Below are positions 1-4,369 of a DNA stretch of 4,369 nucleotides, one piece after another. A program made the position numbers and the translations under genes. The first letter of the stretch is position 1. Every line of letters starts with the position of its first letter. Below the pieces are notes generated by a model, which was not told the DNA's origin, searched no databases, and was given only the letters and a program-made list of their open reading frames with translations. The DNA comes from a virus (taxonomy: Duplodnaviria > Heunggongvirae > Uroviricota > Caudoviricetes), in the IMG/VR virus record IMGVR_UViG_2585427751_000011, positions 1-4,369 of that record, one strand, 5' to 3'.

Positions 1-228
1 ATCAAACTCCATTTGATATTAACTTTTGTTTATATCTTTATGTGGTTTATTTCAAAAATAACTCAATAAAAAACAAATAGATACAGAGCAAATTTAAAAA
101 TTTGAAATTAACCAGTTGATATTTACTAAGTTAATATCTAACATATCAAACATACACTAGTGAGTAACTCAATAGAGTAGCACACATGAGTAATAAAGTT
201 TGCCATAGAAAGTACACAGGGGGCCATT
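1..228. promoter_or_regulatory. AT-rich leader upstream of ner; putative early operator/promoter region of a Mu-like element
   Basis: No ORF in the six-frame track here. Strongly AT-rich compared with about 50% GC in the downstream coding DNA. Contains repeated TTGATAT/ATATCAA motifs (13-19, 116-122, 143-149) and the inverted repeat ATCAAA-n5-TTTGAT (1-17). In phage Mu the operator/Pe region lies immediately upstream of ner. Confidence 0.4.
116..144 (+). promoter_or_regulatory. Candidate sigma70-type early promoter (-35 TTGATA 116-121, 17-bp spacer, -10 TAACAT 139-144)
   Basis: Hexamers match consensus at 5/6 and 4/6 with a 17-bp spacer, oriented toward ner. An IHF-consensus match (TAAccagTTGATA, 109-121) overlaps the -35, and ACTAAGT (125-131) lies in the spacer. 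Such matches arise easily by chance in AT-rich DNA. Confidence 0.2.
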
Positions 229-474
229 GTGAGTCTTATTGAAGATTGGTCTTCCGCCGATATAAAGGCAGCCTTAGAAAAACGCGATACCAATTTGTCA
301 CGTTTATCAAGGGAAAATAATTTGCAGCCTAGGACTTTGGGTAATGCTTTGCGAGTTCCCTACCCTAAAGGTGAAAAGATAATTGCTAGGGCTATAGGTG
401 TAGAGCCACAGGTTATTTGGCCTACTAGATATGAACGACGTGCGCGGAGGAAATATGTGGGTTGCAATGACTGA
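229..474 (+). CDS. ner: Ner-like DNA-binding transcriptional regulator (Mu Ner / Nlp family)
   Basis: 81-aa ORF with a GTG start preceded by AGGGGG (218-223) at 5-nt spacing. The translation (…DWSSADIKAALEKRDTNLSRLSR…TLGNAL…YPKGEKIIARAIGVEPQVIWPTRY…) aligns by eye with Mu Ner (…DWHRADVIAGLKKRKLSLSALSR…TLANAL…WPKGEQIIANALETKPEVIWPSRY…). Position directly upstream of a MuA-like gene matches Mu gene order. Confidence 0.85.
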   Translation: MSLIEDWSSADIKAALEKRDTNLSRLSRENNLQPRTLGNALRVPYPKGEKIIARAIGVEPQVIWPTRYERRARRKYVGCND

Positions 475-2539
475 ATTGATTTCATTCAGTGACCTACCTA
501 GTTCTTTGGCAGGTCTGCACAAAAAAGCAAAGAGGGAAGCGTGGAAAACGCGGCTAAAACCAGGGGTAAAAGGGAAAGTTTTAGAGTGTGAAATAGGGGC
601 TTTGCCTTTAACTGTTCAGCAGGCAGTACGCGAACGCTATGCCCTGCAACTGATGACGCAAAAAGCCGATGAATCACCGGCTCCGGTAGTGACAAAGGCC
701 AGGCGCTCACCTGCCGTGGTTGATGCGGTGGAGGCATATCGCGGATCACCACAACTGATGCTCGAACGCCTCAATGCCCTGACTGAAAACCAGCGCCAGG
801 TGGCTGATGCACGAATCGCGATCGTCAGCGAAGTTCTGAAAGTCGCGCAACAACCTGGTTTCAGCTGTGCGAAGGCTATCCGGTTTATCGTTGACAACCT
901 GGCACGTTCGCAACTGGACGAGCGCATTGTGGCAATGGTTGAGACGGCGAACGCCAAAAAGGGAAACAGCCGTGCGTTGAGTGAAATCACGCTGAAACGC
1001 TGGATTGCAGCCTTTAACAAGGCGCAGAACGCCGCTGAACGCCTGCTTTTGCTGGCACCTGGTAAGCGCCAGGAAATAAAAGCCGAAGATATTAACTGGC
1101 TGCCCGAATTTCTGGCGCAGTATCGCCAGTCAAACGGCCGACCAATGACCGAGGCTTACGAGGATTTTGTCGCTGAATGGCAGCACCGGCACGCTGATGA
1201 GCCTTATATGCTCGATATCATGCCGTCTTACGACACCATCCGCCGCGCAATGAAGAAACTGCCGGAAGTGGTGAAACAAAAAGGCCGGGTGACCGGCAGT
1301 GAATACCGCCAGCTTGAGGGATTCACGCGCCGCGACTGGTCCAGAATGCCGGTGAATTATGTCTGGATTGGTGACGGTCACGGCATGAAGCTGAAATGCA
1401 GGCACCCGGTTCACGGGCGGCCATTTGCACCGGAAGTGACCTTTGTTATCGACGGTGGCACGCGCTTTGTGGTGGGCTGGAGCCTTGACCTGGCTGAAAA
1501 TGTTTTCGCCGTAGCCGGTGCCATACAGTACGGTATTCGTAATCACGGCAAACCGTTTCTGTATTACTCGGATAACGGTTCCGGGGAAACCGCCGACATC
1601 CTGGATAAGGAAGTTGTGGGGATCCTGCCGCGACTGGGGATTAATCACCCAACCGGGATTGCCGGTAACCCGCAGGGACGGGGCATTATCGAACGGCTTA
1701 ACCGCACGTTACCGATGCGTATAGCCCGTAAATACCGCACCTATTTCGGGAAAGGTGCAGATCGCGAGACGTTACGCAAAACCAACCGCGATTTACGCTC
1801 GGCATTTACCGCCCTGCAACAGGGCAAACGGCTGAACGCCCGGCAACAGTCAGCGATGCGTGATTTACCGTCCTGGTCTGAACTGATTGATGCCATTCGT
1901 GATGGCGTTGAGTGGTACAACAACCGGCCGCACGATGAATTACCCATGAAGCCGAACGGGAAGCATTACAGCCCGGCGGAGTTCAGAAAAAAACGCCTGG
2001 CAGAAGAGGACACGGAAATTGAATGGCTGTCCGATGTTGAGCTGCGGGATATGTTCCGGCCAATGGTGGAACGCCCTGTAAGACGCTGTGAAATACGCTG
2101 GCTGAATAATATTTACTACGCGCCCGAGCTGAGTGATGAGCATGGCCGCAAGGTGCTTATCAGCTATGACATTCATGATGCCGAACGAATTACCGTACGT
2201 CGCCCGGATGGCAGCGTGATTTGCGAGGCGGTATGGGACGGCAATAAACGCGAAGCCTTCCCGGTCAGCGCGGAATACTACAAACAGCAGCAACGCCTTA
2301 AAGGTATGCGTAAACGCGCAGAGGAAAAAATCCGTGATGCCGAGGATGAGGTTGTCAACGTGCTGGAGCACAAGCCGCAGGAGCCCTGGCTGGAAAACAT
2401 ATACCGCCCTGTGGGTAATACGGTGACCGTTCAGCAACCTGCCGTTGATGATGAGCCTGATGAAGAATACGAGCGTAATTTCCAGCGGGGATTGCAGTTG
2501 CTCGAAGCGAAATTAAAAGAAAATGACCCTCTGGCCTGA
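455..2539 (+). CDS. A: Mu-type DDE transposase (MuA homolog); ORF is open from 431 but ATG 455 is the better-supported start
   Basis: Long ORF (702 aa from 431, 694 aa from 455). N-terminus from 455 (MWVAMTELISFSDLPSSLAGLHKKAKREAW) aligns with Mu A (MELWVSPKECANLPGLPKTSAGVIYVAKKQGW). GGAGG at 446-450 precedes ATG 455. Core contains DDE-like motifs: VWIGDGHG (D codon 1373-1375), YYSDNGSG (D codon 1571-1573), GIIERLNRT (E codon 1691-1693). C-terminal IYRPVGNT…DDEPDEEYER resembles the MuA C-terminus IFRPSGNT…DDEYETERDEY. Overlaps the ner 3' end by 20 nt. Confidence 0.9.
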   Translation: MWVAMTELISFSDLPSSLAGLHKKAKREAWKTRLKPGVKGKVLECEIGALPLTVQQAVRERYALQLMTQKADESPAPVVTKARRSPAVVDAVEAYRGSPQLMLERLNALTENQRQVADARIAIVSEVLKVAQQPGFSCAKAIRFIVDNLARSQLDERIVAMVETANAKKGNSRALSEITLKRWIAAFNKAQNAAERLLLLAPGKRQEIKAEDINWLPEFLAQYRQSNGRPMTEAYEDFVAEWQHRHADEPYMLDIMPSYDTIRRAMKKLPEVVKQKGRVTGSEYRQLEGFTRRDWSRMPVNYVWIGDGHGMKLKCRHPVHGRPFAPEVTFVIDGGTRFVVGWSLDLAENVFAVAGAIQYGIRNHGKPFLYYSDNGSGETADILDKEVVGILPRLGINHPTGIAGNPQGRGIIERLNRTLPMRIARKYRTYFGKGADRETLRKTNRDLRSAFTALQQGKRLNARQQSAMRDLPSWSELIDAIRDGVEWYNNRPHDELPMKPNGKHYSPAEFRKKRLAEEDTEIEWLSDVELRDMFRPMVERPVRRCEIRWLNNIYYAPELSDEHGRKVLISYDIHDAERITVRRPDGSVICEAVWDGNKREAFPVSAEYYKQQQRLKGMRKRAEEKIRDAEDEVVNVLEHKPQEPWLENIYRPVGNTVTVQQPAVDDEPDEEYERNFQRGLQLLEAKLKENDPLA

Positions 2540-2546
2540 AATAAAA

Positions 2547-2576
2547 AAATAACCCGAGCGGCGACTCAGGTTATTT
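2547..2576 (+). terminator. Stem-loop with flanking A/T runs between A and B; possible weak intrinsic terminator or attenuator
   Basis: AAATAACC (2547-2554) pairs with GGTTATTT (2569-2576), with inner pairs 2556-2558 to 2565-2567 and a 6-nt loop. Sits 8 nt after the A stop codon and is followed by GATT. The stem is AT-rich and therefore weak. Confidence 0.25.
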
Positions 2577-2614
2577 GATTAAACAAAGGAACTACACAAA
2601 CGCGAGGTAATAAT

Positions 2615-3136
2615 ATGACCGATATAAACGATGTAATCAAGACCATTGATGAACTTATTGATGGCGGCGTGCTGACGCAGTATGCCATCGCCAGAGAGGC
2701 GGGAATTTCCGACGGCACATTATCGGCTTTCCGCAAGGGGAAATATAAAGGCGATAACGCCGCTGTGGCTGCTTCCCTGCGCTCCTGGTATGAGAACTGG
2801 AATAAACAAAGCGCACTGCCGGAACCGCCGCAGTTTGTGGAAACTCAGACAGTCCAGGAGCTGCGCGCACTGTTTCAGGCGGTTCGCCTGATGGGCTGTA
2901 TTAACGTTATTGTGGGCGTACCGGGTGTGGGTAAAACGGCCACTGCCCGTAATTACTGCCAGGAGCAACCAAACACCTGGATGATCACCCTGTCACCCGC
3001 GCACTCCAGCGTCACGGAGTGTCTGCTGGAGCTGGCCGATGCGCTGGGGATTGATTACACCCGCGCGAACAAAGGGGCATTATCTGTAAACGGTGAGCCG
3101 GGCTTACGGCCCGGCCCCTGCGGAGGGCAAATATGA
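2615..3136 (+). CDS. B: MuB-like AAA+ ATPase (target DNA activator), 3'-truncated: N-terminal HTH and Walker A only; probably non-functional
   Basis: 173-aa ORF with GAGGT (2604-2608) 6 nt before the ATG. The HTH region YAIAREAGISDGTLSAFRKGKYKGDN matches Mu B (QIALESGLSTGTISSFINDKYNGDN); PEPPQFVETQTV is nearly identical; Walker A is GVPGVGKT; WMIT…ECL.ELA matches. Similarity ends after …KGALS (about 3085) and the ORF stops at 3134-3136. Mu B is about 312 aa and continues with the Walker B region (…LVIIDEADHL…); no such continuation exists in any frame downstream. Confidence 0.8.
   Translation: MTDINDVIKTIDELIDGGVLTQYAIAREAGISDGTLSAFRKGKYKGDNAAVAASLRSWYENWNKQSALPEPPQFVETQTVQELRALFQAVRLMGCINVIVGVPGVGKTATARNYCQEQPNTWMITLSPAHSSVTECLLELADALGIDYTRANKGALSVNGEPGLRPGPCGGQI
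3097..3115 (+). other. Perfect GC-only hairpin (7-bp stem GCCGGGC/GCCCGGC, 5-nt loop TTACG) at the point where MuB homology ends
   Basis: Base pairs 3097-3103 with 3109-3115 read directly from the sequence. It lies within the last, non-homologous codons of the truncated B ORF and about 18 nt upstream of ATG 3133. Confidence 0.45.
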
Positions 3137-3486
3137 ATGAACATCACACTGTGGCAGCAACAGATGATTCAGGCCTTCAGGTCAGTGGTGACAGTCCTGT
3201 CACGGTACTGGCAGAAGTGCGTTGCAGTCGTGCGCAGTTTCGTCGTGCGGGGTTCCTGTTCATGCGGGGACGCCAGCAGGTTGACGTCACCCCGGAGCAG
3301 CTTGCCCGACTGGAAGCGGAGCCATGCCTCACTGTACGAATACTACAGACGCCTGGTGATGATGCGGGAGCCGTGGCGGGTGTGGTTCATGCAGAGACCG
3401 GTGCAGATTTAGCCGAAGCCGGACAGGATGCTCCCCGGAAAAAGACCGGCAATAACGCCAGACAGGCGAAAAAGGCTCGCGCATGA
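3133..3486 (+). CDS. Hypothetical protein (117 aa), GC-rich, basic C-terminal tail
   Basis: ATG 3133 is preceded by GGAGGG (3122-3127) at 5-nt spacing. Start overlaps the B' stop (ATGA) and the stop overlaps the next ATG (ATGA at 3483-3486). First codon positions are G-rich, as expected for real coding sequence. No family recognised. Caveat: in GC-rich DNA open frames occur by chance; the alternative ORF 3137-3412 is in the same frame as B'. Confidence 0.45.
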   Translation: MNEHHTVAATDDSGLQVSGDSPVTVLAEVRCSRAQFRRAGFLFMRGRQQVDVTPEQLARLEAEPCLTVRILQTPGDDAGAVAGVVHAETGADLAEAGQDAPRKKTGNNARQAKKARA

Positions 3487-3719
3487 ATTACGCCAACGGT
3501 TACACCGAAACGCAGGCCGACAGTGGCGCGGTGATGTATGCGCTTTATTTCTCCTGCGAGGAAATGATCGCACCGCTGACTGATATCAGCTCGCTGGATG
3601 ATTTCCTGCGCCATTACGAAACCTTCACCGAACCGGAAGGCACACCGGAATTTAAGGCGCACATCAGCCTGCCAGGTGCAACCGCCGCCGGTGAAAAAGC
3701 CGGACCGTCAGAGGAATAA
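3483..3719 (+). CDS. Hypothetical small acidic protein (78 aa)
   Basis: ATG overlaps the upstream stop (ATGA); AAAGG lies 7 nt upstream. Translation has about 14 Asp/Glu against 3 Lys/Arg. The next gene's SD (GAGGAA, 3711-3716) is embedded in its 3' end. No family recognised. Confidence 0.45.
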   Translation: MNYANGYTETQADSGAVMYALYFSCEEMIAPLTDISSLDDFLRHYETFTEPEGTPEFKAHISLPGATAAGEKAGPSEE

Positions 3720-3722
3720 CAG

Positions 3723-4010
3723 ATGACAACCATTTTTATCAAACCCGCGCCGGGATGCCTGATCCGCGATCCGGACACCATGAAACCGCTGGCGCAGGAG
3801 GGAGAGGAAAAACCCTTCACCCCGTTCTGGTGCCGCCGTCTTAATGACGGGGACGTCATTGTGGTGGAAAAAGCGGCTGAAGCAGCACCGGCAGCAGCGT
3901 CTGCAACGACTGATGCCGCCGGAAAACCCGCGGGAGCGGCAGCAGAAAAACCTGCGACTGAAAAACCCGCGACTGAAAAACCCGCAGCATCAGACAAGGG
4001 GACGTCCTGA
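3723..4010 (+). CDS. Small protein preceding the tail sheath gene (recalled as DUF2635 / Mu gp38-like); C-terminal Ala/Pro/Lys-rich tail with (EKPAT) repeats
   Basis: GAGGAA sits 8 nt before ATG 3723; the stop overlaps the sheath ATG (TGATG at 4008-4012). The N-terminal half (MTTIFIKPAPGCLIRDPDTMKPL…FWCRRLNDGDVIVVE) resembles, from memory, the short conserved ORF found just upstream of sheath genes in Mu-like tail modules. The C-terminus is low-complexity, encoded by the tandem repeat. Confidence 0.6.
   Translation: MTTIFIKPAPGCLIRDPDTMKPLAQEGEEKPFTPFWCRRLNDGDVIVVEKAAEAAPAAASATTDAAGKPAGAAAEKPATEKPATEKPAASDKGTS
3945..3989 (+). repeat. 15-bp tandem repeat, about 3 copies (GAAAAACCYGCGACT), in frame, encoding EKPAT-EKPAT-EKPAA; degenerate copy at 3921-3935
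   Basis: Units at 3945-3959, 3960-3974 and 3975-3989 read directly. Copies 1 and 2 differ at one base; copy 3 diverges in its last 4 nt. Confidence 0.8.
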
Positions 4011-4369
4011 TGATTAACTTTGATTATATCGGCGATAACAATCGCATTCCGCTGGTACAGATTGAAATCAATAATTCAATGGCCGTGACCGGCACTCCAC
4101 CACAGCGTCAGGCGGTACTGTTGTTTGGTCAGGCTGCAATGAAAGACACCACCATTCAGGGGCGCGGTCAGCTTGATGTACCAGTACGTATTACCCGAGC
4201 TTCACAAGCAAGAGAACTCTGGGGGCGAGGTTCCATGATTGCACTGATGGTAGAGGAATTTATCGCCATTAACCCTGACACAGAGTTATATGCCATTGCA
4301 CAGGGGGCTGGAACAGGTCAGTCCAGGGCATGCGTGATGAATATCATTGGAACAGCATTGGCAGACGGG
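4010..4369 (+). CDS. Phage tail sheath protein, N-terminal part (Mu gpL-like); continues beyond the window end
   Basis: ATG 4010 with AAGGGG 8 nt upstream; open to the window end (120 codons, no stop). Translation MINFDYIGDNNRIPLVQIEINNSMAVTGTPPQRQAVLLFGQ…RASQARELWGRGSMIALMVEEFIAINPDTELYAIA… fits the remembered N-terminal pattern of Mu-like sheath proteins (…FDNS.A…LL.GQ…A…FG.GS.LA.MV…N…ELW…). Confidence 0.65.
   Translation, partial: MINFDYIGDNNRIPLVQIEINNSMAVTGTPPQRQAVLLFGQAAMKDTTIQGRGQLDVPVRITRASQARELWGRGSMIALMVEEFIAINPDTELYAIAQGAGTGQSRACVMNIIGTALADG

Noticed and set aside
307-522. Minus-strand 71-aa ORF overlapping ner and the A start
   Set aside because: Antisense to the well-supported Ner coding sequence; no RBS and no recognisable protein features.
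498-2437. Minus-strand ORFs nested inside the transposase gene (498-752, 637-1020, 1130-1648, 1741-1947, 1940-2437) and the short + ORF 1518-1724
   Set aside because: They are antisense to, or out of frame with, a long ORF that has clear MuA homology. Their translations are Arg/His/Cys-rich and low-complexity, typical of shadow frames.
2655-2968. ORFs overlapping B' (2655-2870 minus, 2720-2968 minus, 2682-2891 plus)
   Set aside because: They overlap the conserved MuB N-terminal coding region in other frames; translations look like frame artefacts.
3137-3412. Alternative + ORF (91 aa) starting 4 nt after ATG 3133
   Set aside because: It is in the same frame as B' immediately after the B' stop, but its translation (W/R/C/S-rich) does not resemble the MuB C-terminal half, so it is not a readthrough continuation of B. 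The 3133 frame has the better SD spacing and G-rich first codon positions.
3133-3719. Possibility that 3133-3486 and 3483-3719 are one frameshifted gene
   Set aside because: The ATGA overlap with an upstream AAAGG is a normal translational-coupling junction. I have no homolog in mind that spans both ORFs, so they are left as separate genes. This would need a homology search to exclude.
3387-3997. Minus-strand ORFs 3387-3662 and 3614-3997 (the latter containing AGFSV repeats)
   Set aside because: Open antisense frames are expected by chance in >60% GC DNA. The AGFSV repeat is simply the antisense reading of the EKPAT tandem repeat. The + strand ORFs have SD sequences and operon-consistent coupling.
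1-4369. IS element or composite transposon interpretation of the transposase
   Set aside because: The transposase is MuA-type and flanked by Ner and a B homolog, which is diagnostic of a Mu-like transposable phage rather than an IS. No terminal inverted repeats or Mu end sequences occur in the window.
1-4369. CRISPR arrays, tRNA or other structured RNA genes
   Set aside because: No spaced direct repeats of CRISPR type and no tRNA-like sequence were seen on inspection. The only tandem repeat (3945-3989) is in frame and coding.

Overview
The window reads as the early (transposition) end of a Mu-like transposable prophage joined directly to the start of a phage tail module, all on the + strand. 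In order: an AT-rich regulatory leader (1-228); a Ner-like DNA-binding regulator (229-474); a MuA-type DDE transposase (455-2539, ORF open from 431); a MuB-like gene that keeps its N-terminal HTH and Walker A but stops at 173 codons (2615-3136); three tightly coupled small ORFs in a GC-rich segment (3133-4010), the last carrying an in-frame 15-bp tandem repeat; and the N-terminus of a Mu gpL-like tail sheath protein running off the window end (4010->). The most notable point is the architecture: B is truncated and the ~15-20 kb that normally separates B from the tail sheath in canonical Mu (semi-essential region, late activator, lysis, head genes) is absent. I read this as either a deletion-derived defective prophage or a compact transposase-plus-tail element, and I cannot tell which from 4.4 kb. 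All homology calls are from reading the translations against remembered Mu protein sequences; no database search was run. No tRNA, rRNA, CRISPR array or IS-type terminal repeats were seen.
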